Below are positions 41,409 to 50,195 of a DNA stretch of 52,178 bases, piece after piece (within the stretch, counting starts at the first letter, position 1; the number at the start of each line of letters is the position of its first letter). The DNA comes from an uncultured Peptostreptococcaceae bacterium (GTDB lineage Bacteria; Bacillota; Clostridia; Peptostreptococcales; BM714), in the NCBI GenBank assembly GCA_964617505.1, contig CAZTZB010000004.1, positions 1-52,178 on the forward strand, given 5' to 3'. A program made the position numbers and the translations under genes. Under the pieces are notes generated by a model, which saw nothing but the letters and a program-made list of their open reading frames with translations, did no database searches and was not told the origin of the DNA.

Positions 41409-42632
41409 ATGGGAAATCTTGCACAAAAGGTTGTATCAATTTCCGGCGAACCTGAAATTTCATTGAACAAAAAGGTTGTTTTGGGGGTTCAGCATACATT
41501 CACCATGTTTGGAGCCACCGTACTTGTTCCACTCATCACAGGATTCGATATATCCGTAGCGCTTTTCATGGCCGGTGTTGGAACACTTCTATTCCACCTA
41601 ATCACCAAAGGAAAGGTCCCGGCATTTCTTGGTTCTTCCTTCGCCTTCATCCCTCCTGTTATGGCGGCAATGGCAGCCTCCGACATGCAATACGCACAGG
41701 GAGGCTTGGTAGTAGCCGGCCTTATCTACCTTGTAATGGCTGGTCTAATAAGCATCTTTGGAACAGAGAAGATAGTCAGTTTCTTCCCTCCAATCATAAC
41801 AGGTCCAATCATAATAGTAATAGGACTTAAGCTTGCACCTACCGCAATAGGCATGGCCAGCGGAAACTGGATGCTTGCAGTAGTAAGCTTCGCTATTGTA
41901 ACGGTAGTAAGCATATACGGAAAGGGCTTCATACAGGTTCTACCAGTACTGGTAGGACTCGCAGGAGGCTATATTTTCTCCATAGTTACAGGCCACGTAG
42001 ACTTTAGCGGCGTAATAGCAGCAAATTGGTTCGGCGTTCCCCACTTCCAAATGGCAAAATTCAGCCTGAGCACAATAATGATGGTAGCTCCGGTAGCAAT
42101 AGCCACAATGGTGGAGCACATTGGCGATGTAATAGCCATAGGAGCCACCACGAATAATGATTTCATGAAGGATCCAGGACTCAAACGAACACTTCTTGGA
42201 GACGGAATCGCAACATCGCTTTCAGCAATGTTCGGCGGACCGGCCAACACAACCTACTCTGAGAACATAGGCGTATTGGCTCTTACAAAGGTTTATAATC
42301 CGCAAATCATGAGAATAGCCGCAGGATTTGCAATACTTCTTGGAATAATGCCTAAGCTCGGCGCTATAATAAGTTCGGTACCTACAGCAGTTATAGGAGG
42401 CATCTCTATCATACTCTTCGGAATGATAGCCTCTATAGGAGCCAGAACTTTGGTAGACAACAAGATAGACTTCAATAAATCCAGGAACCTTATCATTTCA
42501 GCAGTAATACTTGTTCTAGGACTTGGAGGAGCTTCCCTCCCCGTAAACATCGCAGGAGCAAGCTTTGCTATTGAAGGCATGGCGCTTGCAGCAATCGTTG
42601 GAATTATTTTAAACAAAGTTTTGCCTCAGTAA
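41409..42632 (+). CDS. uraA: Uracil permease (NCS2 family)
   Basis: GVQHTFTMFGATVLVP, PAFLGSSFAF, EHIGD, GDGIAT, ANTTYSEN. Start ATG 41409 behind a GAAAGGAG RBS. Confidence 0.93.
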   Translation: MGNLAQKVVSISGEPEISLNKKVVLGVQHTFTMFGATVLVPLITGFDISVALFMAGVGTLLFHLITKGKVPAFLGSSFAFIPPVMAAMAASDMQYAQGGLVVAGLIYLVMAGLISIFGTEKIVSFFPPIITGPIIIVIGLKLAPTAIGMASGNWMLAVVSFAIVTVVSIYGKGFIQVLPVLVGLAGGYIFSIVTGHVDFSGVIAANWFGVPHFQMAKFSLSTIMMVAPVAIATMVEHIGDVIAIGATTNNDFMKDPGLKRTLLGDGIATSLSAMFGGPANTTYSENIGVLALTKVYNPQIMRIAAGFAILLGIMPKLGAIISSVPTAVIGGISIILFGMIASIGARTLVDNKIDFNKSRNLIISAVILVLGLGGASLPVNIAGASFAIEGMALAAIVGIILNKVLPQ

Positions 42633-42645
42633 AATCTTAAAACTC

Positions 42646-42689
42646 AAATGAGCCACACCGGAAAGTAATTCCGGTGCGGCTCATTTTTT
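42646..42689 (+). terminator. Intrinsic terminator after uraA
   Basis: AAATGAGCCACACCGGAA...TTCCGGTGCGGCTCATTTTTT. Confidence 0.85.
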
Positions 42690-42729
42690 CGTTATTATGA
42701 AAGTAGAATCTTTATTATTTCCACAGTCT

Positions 42730-43035
42730 TCTGTTTTTTATTTTTTGTTTTTCTGACAACTGACATCTGATATCTGCCAACTGCTCTCCCACTTCTTGCT
42801 TTTTTTGTCTTTCGCTTTTTCTGTCATCTGCCATCCGATATCTGACATCTGCCCCACCTTCAAGCGCCTTTTAGGCAACGCCGAAATTGGTGTTTTAGTA
42901 GTAAGTAGTAAGTGGAACAGAAAAACAAAATCAATTATAAATGCAAATTACACTAAACATACACGTTCAATGTTTTTTGCTTTGATTTTTGTTTTAATCT
43001 TTTTCTGCAAACTGCATACTGCCAACTTGTAACAG
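42730..43035. repeat. Heptamer array locus B (three CTGNNAN arrays, AGTAAGT array, imperfect inverted A/T arms)
   Basis: ctgacaa ctgacat ctgatat ctgccaa ctgctct cccactt (42753-42794); ctgtcat ctgccat ccgatat ctgacat (42821-42848); agtaagtagtaagtg (42900-42914); ctgcaaa ctgcata ctgccaa (43005-43025). Confidence 0.85.
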
Positions 43036-43083
43036 AGTAAAATACCCTTTTATTCAATACGTGACAGAAGGATTTTTACGATG

Positions 43084-44598
43084 CTATTCTTTTTCGATTC
43101 CACCCTCATCATACTTGTTGGATGGGTTCCAAAGCATGAAGCCTTCAACTCCATTGTCATTGAGTCCCTTTATTTGAGCCTTTATCTGATCCGCGCCATA
43201 CCTTATATATCCTTTTACATATGTCGCTGTAAAATCCTGTATCCAAGGCCTTATTATTGCCGGGGTTTCTATGTTTTTGTTCTTCATTACCGAATCCTTT
43301 GTGCACCTGTAAATCGTTTCATACGGGAAAGCATCCGGAACGCTTAGTCCGTAAACTCCAGGCCCGTAATGGCTAGGATACATCATCGGGGATATATAGT
43401 CCACAACATTACTTATTGCCTCCCAATACTGACCTATTCCCATGTCGTCTCCAACCGAACCAACAAGGCCGAATACATCAGCCGAGATATATACTTCGTA
43501 TGGATCAAGTTCCTCTCTAGCGTACTTGAGGAAATTCTGAACGGCGAGCGGTTTTGATTCCCCTAGTTTGTTCTTGTAATCCAAATATGCATCTTTTTTT
43601 CCACCATTCGATGTCGGGAACCTTACATAGTCGAACTGTATTTCATTAAAGCCCGCTTCCGCAGCTTCTTTTGCCACTCCCAAGATATATTCCCAAAGCT
43701 CTCTATCGTAGGCACTGCTCCATTGTATATTTTCCTTGAAATAGAAAGGTGCCCCGCTATCCTTGTAAACAACACCTGACTCCGGATGCTCCTTGACATA
43801 CTTTGGATCTACAAAGCATACTATTCTTGCAATAGTATAGATATCGTGTTCCTTAAGTTTTTTCATTAGGGCATCTATATCCTTAACCGGAACACTCTTA
43901 TTTGCGCTCGGATTTAATCTTGATGCAGTTTCGGTTTCGAAAAGCATGCTTCCGTTATCGTCCTTCATATTTATTACGAATGCATTTATTCTTGTCTTGT
44001 CCGCAAGCTCGATCAATTCATCAACCCTGCTGCTTCCTGCAGAATACGCCGTAAGGTATATGCCGTTTGTAGTTATTCTAGGATTGCTCTCATAATTTCC
44101 CTTTATCTGTGGCGAAAAATCGATATCCTCATATCCTGGACCAAGAAGTTCCATCTTGTCTTTTACTGTATACTCTGCCGAAACCCATCCTGAATCACCA
44201 TTCTCATGCTCATAAAAAATCTTATACCAAGCAGGAAGACCATCTTCAGCAAACACTGTTTCGATTACAGAAACCTGAGATCCCTTTATGATTTTTCCTA
44301 CAATCGATGCATTTGCTTGACCGTCACTTCGTACATTAAGCACATTGGCACTGATGTAGAGTAATTCGTCCTTGTTTCCATCTTCAACTACCGTTTCCTC
44401 TCCTGCTGTTTCTTCCCCTTCTATTTCCCCTGCCGTTTCTTCGATTTCCTCGAAGCCTTCAGAAACCACTTCTTCACCAGATTGCTCTTCATCGTTTTCG
44501 GTTGCCGAAGAAGGGACTTCCTTATCTTCGCAACCTGCAAACATCAATACAATAGTCAATAAAAATAGAATTGGTATAATTCCTTTTCTCCTCTTCAT
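43084..44598 (-). CDS. Lipoprotein with SH3b domain and DUF4015-like putative glycoside hydrolase
   Basis: Lipobox FAGC, Glu-rich linker, LNVRS...WY.I...GWVS (SH3b), TIM-barrel motifs GIYLT, FNEIQFDYVRFP, SADVFG, DYISPMMYPSHY, RPWIQDF. Confidence 0.8.
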   Translation of the reverse strand: MKRRKGIIPILFLLTIVLMFAGCEDKEVPSSATENDEEQSGEEVVSEGFEEIEETAGEIEGEETAGEETVVEDGNKDELLYISANVLNVRSDGQANASIVGKIIKGSQVSVIETVFAEDGLPAWYKIFYEHENGDSGWVSAEYTVKDKMELLGPGYEDIDFSPQIKGNYESNPRITTNGIYLTAYSAGSSRVDELIELADKTRINAFVINMKDDNGSMLFETETASRLNPSANKSVPVKDIDALMKKLKEHDIYTIARIVCFVDPKYVKEHPESGVVYKDSGAPFYFKENIQWSSAYDRELWEYILGVAKEAAEAGFNEIQFDYVRFPTSNGGKKDAYLDYKNKLGESKPLAVQNFLKYAREELDPYEVYISADVFGLVGSVGDDMGIGQYWEAISNVVDYISPMMYPSHYGPGVYGLSVPDAFPYETIYRCTKDSVMKNKNIETPAIIRPWIQDFTATYVKGYIRYGADQIKAQIKGLNDNGVEGFMLWNPSNKYDEGGIEKE

Positions 44599-44693
44599 CC
44601 CGCACCTCTTTCAATTTATATGTTCTTATTCAATTATAAATGTAAATACGTGCCTTTTCACTAAAAATATATTAACAACAATGTAACATCTTT

Positions 44694-44721
44694 AAAAACG
44701 TGCATCCTTTATGGATGCACG
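44694..44721 (-). terminator. Intrinsic terminator after the L,D-transpeptidase gene
   Basis: CGTGCATCC-TTTAT-GGATGCACG with a minus-strand T-run. Confidence 0.7.
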
Positions 44722-44728
44722 CCCTTAT

Positions 44729-46177
44729 TTATTCGATTACAATAACTGATGATCTACCTACTTCTACCCATTCATACAGGAACTTTGCATGGCTTGTATA
44801 GTTTCTAACGCACTTATGGGACCTAGGAACCGTTCCTATAGTAAATAGGTATTCCTTTTTACCCGGATCCACATTCACTCCATTAACCACAGAAAAATTT
44901 ACAGGCACCCCATGGATGTATGCTCCCGCATTGAACCTGATTGTATATGGAGCGTATCCGGCAATTTCTTTTGTTATGTCATCCAAATACAAAAATTGAG
45001 GCTGTGTATTTATAACCATCCAGTATCCCAACGAGGTCGGCAATTTATGCTGTGCTTCTTCGCCTGTAGTGGCAAAAATATATGAAATCAAGTGCCACTC
45101 TCCATCAATCCATTCAAAAACCCCTTCGTTTTGATTCTTCCGGTCAACAACGACAACCTTCGTCAACTCTTCAATTGAATTTCTAAAGGAAACATATTTC
45201 TTGGGAACCCATAGTTCTTGGCCCTCCTCAATGGTTCGAACATTGTAATAGGTCTTCGCATCATTTTCTCCGAAAACCGTAAGAAGAGTTCCGTCTTCAA
45301 GGTACCTGAAATCATCTCTATTCTCCGCGTCATAGTAAGCTGGAGCCGACTGGGATCTTATTGTTCCATATGCATCCACGGTTTTCCCATTATACAGAGG
45401 AGCCATTCCATTCCTTTGCTTATAGTTTGATATATAGGCCGTTGTATTTCCGTCAACCTCCTCTTTCAGAAGTTTGACCTTTTCAAACATCTTGTCAAAC
45501 TGATATGTCCTGATTTCGGCCAATGAAGATAGTATGAATCCTTCCCTCAAATCATCCCCGTCTTTCCATAAAATCCTGTACCATAAGTCAGTGTCGTATT
45601 TCTCCATGTATTGCCCTTTGACCCTAGCCTCAAGGTTGACCTTTTGAAAATAATAAATTTTATTTATAATATTGTCGCCTACAGACGGAGTAGATCTTAC
45701 ATTTAATGTGTTCGTTGTTACAAGAACATAACTATATCCGGACGGATATGAATCGTACTTCAAATCAAGAATAAGACCATCCGGGATTTTCGTTTCAAAA
45801 ATTTCAAGCTCCACAATTGGCTCGGGCTGTTCCTCCTCTTCGATAAAAACCTCGGGTACCGGAATCACCTCGGGTTCTGGAATCACCTCTTTACTCAATA
45901 CCTGCTCGAATTCATCTTGAGAAACCATTACCTCTTGCTCAGTTATGGCCTTTTGAATTGCAATTTCAGTGAAGTCTATGCTTTCTTCAATTTCTTCTAT
46001 TGTTTTTTCTTCTATGGCATTCGATTCCAATTCGCAGCTATCACAATCGTTTTCCTCAATGGGAAAACGCTCATCGCTACCATCCACCAATCCTTGGCCG
46101 CATCCCGAAAACAAGGCTGCCATCAATGCAACTATCAAAATGAGAAATGTAAATTTAAATTCCCGTTTAATCTTCAT
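44729..46177 (-). CDS. Lipoprotein with SH3b-like domain and YkuD-type L,D-transpeptidase domain
   Basis: Lipobox FSGC, LNVRS SH3b signature, VVVVDRKNQ, ATTG, YIHG...SHKCVRN catalytic His/Cys motif. Confidence 0.82.
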   Translation of the reverse strand: MKIKREFKFTFLILIVALMAALFSGCGQGLVDGSDERFPIEENDCDSCELESNAIEEKTIEEIEESIDFTEIAIQKAITEQEVMVSQDEFEQVLSKEVIPEPEVIPVPEVFIEEEEQPEPIVELEIFETKIPDGLILDLKYDSYPSGYSYVLVTTNTLNVRSTPSVGDNIINKIYYFQKVNLEARVKGQYMEKYDTDLWYRILWKDGDDLREGFILSSLAEIRTYQFDKMFEKVKLLKEEVDGNTTAYISNYKQRNGMAPLYNGKTVDAYGTIRSQSAPAYYDAENRDDFRYLEDGTLLTVFGENDAKTYYNVRTIEEGQELWVPKKYVSFRNSIEELTKVVVVDRKNQNEGVFEWIDGEWHLISYIFATTGEEAQHKLPTSLGYWMVINTQPQFLYLDDITKEIAGYAPYTIRFNAGAYIHGVPVNFSVVNGVNVDPGKKEYLFTIGTVPRSHKCVRNYTSHAKFLYEWVEVGRSSVIVIE

Positions 46178-46183
46178 AAATAC

Positions 46184-47080
46184 CTACTTTCCAAAATAGC
46201 CGACAACTTTATAGTCATTAGGCAATTTATATTCTTTTGCTTCTCCTTCAAAACTCCAATGCCCTGTCATTCCTTTTTCAGCCATTGCCAATTCAAGATA
46301 AAGCATGGCAATTCCGGCTTCAATTTTTTCAACCTTTTCACTTATACCTTCAGCGCCCCCTTGCATAATAAGCGCGATTCGGGTGCCATCGAGTATAAAC
46401 CTCCAAGGCTGCCTGTTTCCCCAAGATGGTGCAAGCCTCATATAATAGAAAACCTCATCTATTCCTTGCTGCTTTAAATCTTCCATATCCACCTTTGCGC
46501 CCCATTCTCCCATGAATACGATTTCATCAACTGCAAGTCTCGAGCTTACCGGTTCCTTGGAATATTCAGGATCAATTTTCGGATATCCAAGCTCCGTTAA
46601 TGGAGAAAGACTTCCTTTGAGCATAGTATCATAAATATTTAGAACCTTTCTCTCCTTCTTGGAATATCCTATAGCCAAGAGAACCATTAGGTCCATTTTG
46701 CTATCGATGCCAAGAATCTTCTTTATCTCAGCCGTATCCTCAGGCACCTCAATTGTGCATGTACCAAGGTCCATATCTGTTGCAAGAAGATTGAACTGTT
46801 CAACCATGTATCCAGCATTCATGAAAGCCCCTTCTCCATGATCCGACATTACTGCAAAATAATGAGGAGCTTCGATCAACTTTCCGAAATACCCTACTTG
46901 TCCATCAAGCACATTATGAATTTTTTTTCCTTCCTTCAAGAAAATAAAATCCATGTTTATGTCTTCAATCAGTCTTGATTTCCCTTTAATTGTTTGAATT
47001 AAATCATTTATAAAACTTTGTTCAACAACTCTTGTTTTGTATTCTCTTACTGATCTTCTTTTTTCAAATAGTCTATGCAT
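46184..47080 (-). CDS. Nitroreductase family protein
   Basis: RRSVREY FMN-binding motif, GLGTC-like DLGTC, second domain RLAPSWGNRQPWRF. Confidence 0.85.
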   Translation of the reverse strand: MHRLFEKRRSVREYKTRVVEQSFINDLIQTIKGKSRLIEDINMDFIFLKEGKKIHNVLDGQVGYFGKLIEAPHYFAVMSDHGEGAFMNAGYMVEQFNLLATDMDLGTCTIEVPEDTAEIKKILGIDSKMDLMVLLAIGYSKKERKVLNIYDTMLKGSLSPLTELGYPKIDPEYSKEPVSSRLAVDEIVFMGEWGAKVDMEDLKQQGIDEVFYYMRLAPSWGNRQPWRFILDGTRIALIMQGGAEGISEKVEKIEAGIAMLYLELAMAEKGMTGHWSFEGEAKEYKLPNDYKVVGYFGK

Positions 47081-47218
47081 ATTTAATCCCCCTTAATATA
47101 TTCTTATTTAAATTATACTCCAAAACAACCTTTTATAAACTCAAATTTCAAATTTTACCTCAACAAGCTTGCCAATAATCGTTTTTTAAAACATAATGGA
47201 TATATCAAACAATATAAA

Positions 47219-48895
47219 ATGAATGGAGTGATGAATTTGAATATCAGCTTTCTAGGAGCCGCAGGAACAGTCACAGGATCTAATTATCTTATCACAACAG
47301 AAAAGTATAAATTTATATTGGATTGCGGCCAGTTCCAAGGCGGCAAAAAAACCGAAGCTCTAAACTTTATCGATTTCGCATACAACCCTGCAGATATTGA
47401 TTTTATGATTCTCAGCCATGCACATATAGACCACAGTGGCAGAATCCCCAAGCTTGTAAGAGAAGGCTTCAAGGGCCGAATCTATTGCACACGCGGAACC
47501 TCGGACCTTGCAGACATACTTCTTAAGGACAGTGGACACATACACGAAAAAGAAACCGAATGGGAAAATCGAAAAAGAACCAGAGCAGGTCTGGCTAAAC
47601 TTGAGCCACTCTACACCGTAGCCGACGCTGAAGTTGCAGTAAAATACCTTTACCCTGTACTATATGACCAGACAATAGAAATTAATGACGAAATAACCGT
47701 AAGATTCAAGGATGCAGGCCACATTCTCGGCTCAGCTATAGTGGAAGTTTGGGTCAAGGAAAACGGCAACGAGAAAAAACTTGTATTCTCCGGAGACCTC
47801 GGAATGAAGAACAAACCTCTTCTGAGAGATCCCGAATTCATTGATGAAGCAGATTATCTCCTAATAGAATCGACATATGGAAACAGATTGCATAATCACC
47901 CAGAGCAACGCATAGAAAAGCTAATTAAAATAATTTTGGACACTACCGACCGTGGGGGTACAGTAGTAATCCCTTCATTCGCTGTAGGAAGAACCCAGGA
48001 AATAATTTACGAGCTTAACAAATATTACGACGACAAGGAAGAGGGAAGAAGATTCAACCGCATACCTGTTTACATCGACAGCCCACTTGCCACTAGGGCC
48101 ACTGAAATTTTTAGAAAAAATGCCGAGGTATTCGATGATGAAACCCGCGATTTCATCATGAGTGGGGACAATCCTCTCGATTTCAAGAATCTTCACTTTA
48201 CTAAAACTGTCGAGGAATCAATAGCTCTGAATAAAAACAATGATCCGAAAATAATTATTTCGGCAAGCGGAATGGCAACTGCCGGTCGTATCAAGCATCA
48301 CCTGAAACACCATCTCTGGCGTTCACAGTCCAGCGTTATTTTCGTAGGATATCAGGCGGAAGGAACATTGGGCCGAAGAATCAAGGACGGAGAAAAAAAT
48401 GTCAAGATATTTGGAGAATCAATTCAGATAAATGCCGAAATCCATTCAATCGAAGGTTTTTCAGGCCATGCTGACCAAACTGGTCTCCTCAATTGGCTTA
48501 AGGGCTTCAATAAATTTCCAGAAAAAATCTTTATTGTCCATGGAGAAGATGATTCAAGAGATGGTTTCAAAAAACTCATTGACTCAACCTTCAATGTAAA
48601 CGCAATAATTCCAAAGATGAACGAGGTATTTAATTGTAAAATGGAAACTGCAATACCTTTAGAAATCGTTGAAGAAGTTCTTTTGGCAGACACAAGCAAT
48701 ATAACAGAGCTACTTGCAGACTTGGCGCACTTAAAAGAAATCTACACTGCAACACTTGATAAAACAGAAAAGGTACTTGATGAAAAAGTCAAAGAAGACG
48801 AATTCATTTTGATAAAGAACAAGCTTATTGAAATGGAAAGAAATGCCATAAATCTTGGAATGCTCCTTGGTGACAGATACGAAGAGGAAGAATAG
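47219..48895 (+). CDS. MBL-fold beta-CASP RNase (RNA-specificity domain, Ysh1-like)
   Basis: DCG, LSHAHIDHSG, AGHILGS, FSGDLG, ESTYGNR, PSFAVGRTQE, SASGM..GRI, FSGHAD, VHGE. Confidence 0.92.
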   Translation: MNGVMNLNISFLGAAGTVTGSNYLITTEKYKFILDCGQFQGGKKTEALNFIDFAYNPADIDFMILSHAHIDHSGRIPKLVREGFKGRIYCTRGTSDLADILLKDSGHIHEKETEWENRKRTRAGLAKLEPLYTVADAEVAVKYLYPVLYDQTIEINDEITVRFKDAGHILGSAIVEVWVKENGNEKKLVFSGDLGMKNKPLLRDPEFIDEADYLLIESTYGNRLHNHPEQRIEKLIKIILDTTDRGGTVVIPSFAVGRTQEIIYELNKYYDDKEEGRRFNRIPVYIDSPLATRATEIFRKNAEVFDDETRDFIMSGDNPLDFKNLHFTKTVEESIALNKNNDPKIIISASGMATAGRIKHHLKHHLWRSQSSVIFVGYQAEGTLGRRIKDGEKNVKIFGESIQINAEIHSIEGFSGHADQTGLLNWLKGFNKFPEKIFIVHGEDDSRDGFKKLIDSTFNVNAIIPKMNEVFNCKMETAIPLEIVEEVLLADTSNITELLADLAHLKEIYTATLDKTEKVLDEKVKEDEFILIKNKLIEMERNAINLGMLLGDRYEEEE

Positions 48896-48909
48896 AAGGA
48901 GGGATTTCG

Positions 48910-49506
48910 ATGGAACTTGCGCAACCGGATGCCAGCAAAATTTTAATTCGCAAAGCAAAATTAACAGATCTTGAAGGCATTTTTCAGTTAGCCAACGAAG
49001 TCGGATCAGCAAGAAAGAATATGAACACGGGTTTCCTAATAGACGATTACTCTGTAGATCCTGAAATGCATAAAAGAAGGTTTAAGGAATGCATAGTTGC
49101 AGAAAACTACTTCTATGTAGCAATTGAAAAAAGGAAACCCATAGCTTTCCTAATGGCTAATTCCATGGAAGAGTGGAATTCAATATGCCCGAATTGGAGG
49201 CAAATAGTACGCTGGCGGCCAGATTTTTACTGGACAAACATCAAAAACTTCGTATATTCCGAAAAAATGGCCGTCGATATAAACTATGCCGGAAAAGGTA
49301 TCGCAAGCCTTCTTTACAAAAGCATGATTAGTGACATGCTTTCAAACAATATACACGACATATTTTCAGAAACTATAATAAGCCCTGTTCCCAATATGGC
49401 TTCATTGGGTTTTCGAAGAAAGCAAGGCTTCGATCTTGCAGGTGTAAGATACGAAGAGTTCCAGAAAAACATCGTCACAAATCTTGTATTCCATAAAAAA
49501 ATCTAA
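48910..49506 (+). CDS. GNAT family N-acetyltransferase
   Basis: IRKAKLTDL N-terminus, AVDINYAGKGIASLLY acetyl-CoA motif A, N.AS..F..KQGF. Confidence 0.8.
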   Translation: MELAQPDASKILIRKAKLTDLEGIFQLANEVGSARKNMNTGFLIDDYSVDPEMHKRRFKECIVAENYFYVAIEKRKPIAFLMANSMEEWNSICPNWRQIVRWRPDFYWTNIKNFVYSEKMAVDINYAGKGIASLLYKSMISDMLSNNIHDIFSETIISPVPNMASLGFRRKQGFDLAGVRYEEFQKNIVTNLVFHKKI

Positions 49507-49537
49507 ACCGAAGGGATATGACTCCTTCGGTTTTTTC
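49505..49537. terminator. Bidirectional terminator between GNAT and bioY
   Basis: AAACCGAAGG-N9-CCTTCGGTTTTTT. Confidence 0.75.
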
Positions 49538-49550
49538 TTTTGCCTTCTTA

Positions 49551-50108
49551 TTAAATTACGCTAGATCTTTTAAGTATCGGCATTACATACACCGTAGTCG
49601 ACGCAACTACGAAAAGCTTTATCAAATCAGGCAACATAAACGGAATTAATCCTGCCGCCAATGTACCCGAAAAACCGATATCCTTTCCAAGAACAAAAGT
49701 TATTACCATATACAGATACGGCAATCCAATAAGATAAATCAAGACAGTTCCGAAAACAAGAATTGCCGACGCCTTTACTATTGTTAGTTTTTCCACTTTC
49801 TCGGAAAGTTTTCCTATTACATATGCCGCAAGCATGAAGCCCAAAAGATATCCGAAAGACGGACTGAGTACATATCCTGGTCCACTTGCACCATTTGCAA
49901 AAATAGGCGCCCCTAGAAGACCCACCAGAATATATACGGCCATTGCAGCAAAAGCCCTTCTGCCTCCCAAAATCAATCCCGAATACATAACAAAGACAGT
50001 CTGCAATGAAAACGGAACAGGTTGCATCGGTATCCTTATGAATGTTCCTATGGCTGTAAGTGCCGCAAACAATGAAATAAGAATCATATCTTTTGTCTTG
50101 AATCGCAT
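49551..50108 (-). CDS. bioY: Biotin ECF transporter S component
   Basis: LFAALTAIG, PVPFSLQT, YILVGLLGAPIFA, PSFGYLLGF, PFMLPDLIK. Confidence 0.95.
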   Translation of the reverse strand: MRFKTKDMILISLFAALTAIGTFIRIPMQPVPFSLQTVFVMYSGLILGGRRAFAAMAVYILVGLLGAPIFANGASGPGYVLSPSFGYLLGFMLAAYVIGKLSEKVEKLTIVKASAILVFGTVLIYLIGLPYLYMVITFVLGKDIGFSGTLAAGLIPFMLPDLIKLFVVASTTVYVMPILKRSSVI

Positions 50109-50161
50109 AATTAAGCCCTCTTTTCATTTAATACTCTAATAATAACTGAAAAAAGAGGCTA

Positions 50162-50193
50162 TTGTCAACTACAATCTTAATTTCAGTTAACAA
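50162..50193. promoter_or_regulatory. BirA operator upstream of bioY
   Basis: TTGTCAAC-N16-GTTAACAA, matching the Firmicute BirA box geometry. Confidence 0.85.
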
Positions 50194-50195
50194 TA

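Noticed and set aside
42796-43032. 78-aa ORF within repeat locus B, and the MGLNVFVFTANCQLPT extension of CopZ (51936-52013)
   Set aside because: These translate heptamer/low-complexity repeats, have no good RBS, and CopZ has its own RBS and ATG at 51935.
42730-43035. CRISPR array or IS/MITE interpretation of the repeats
   Set aside because: No 25-45 bp constant repeats with unique spacers, no cas or transposase genes, and no clear terminal inverted repeats with target-site duplication.
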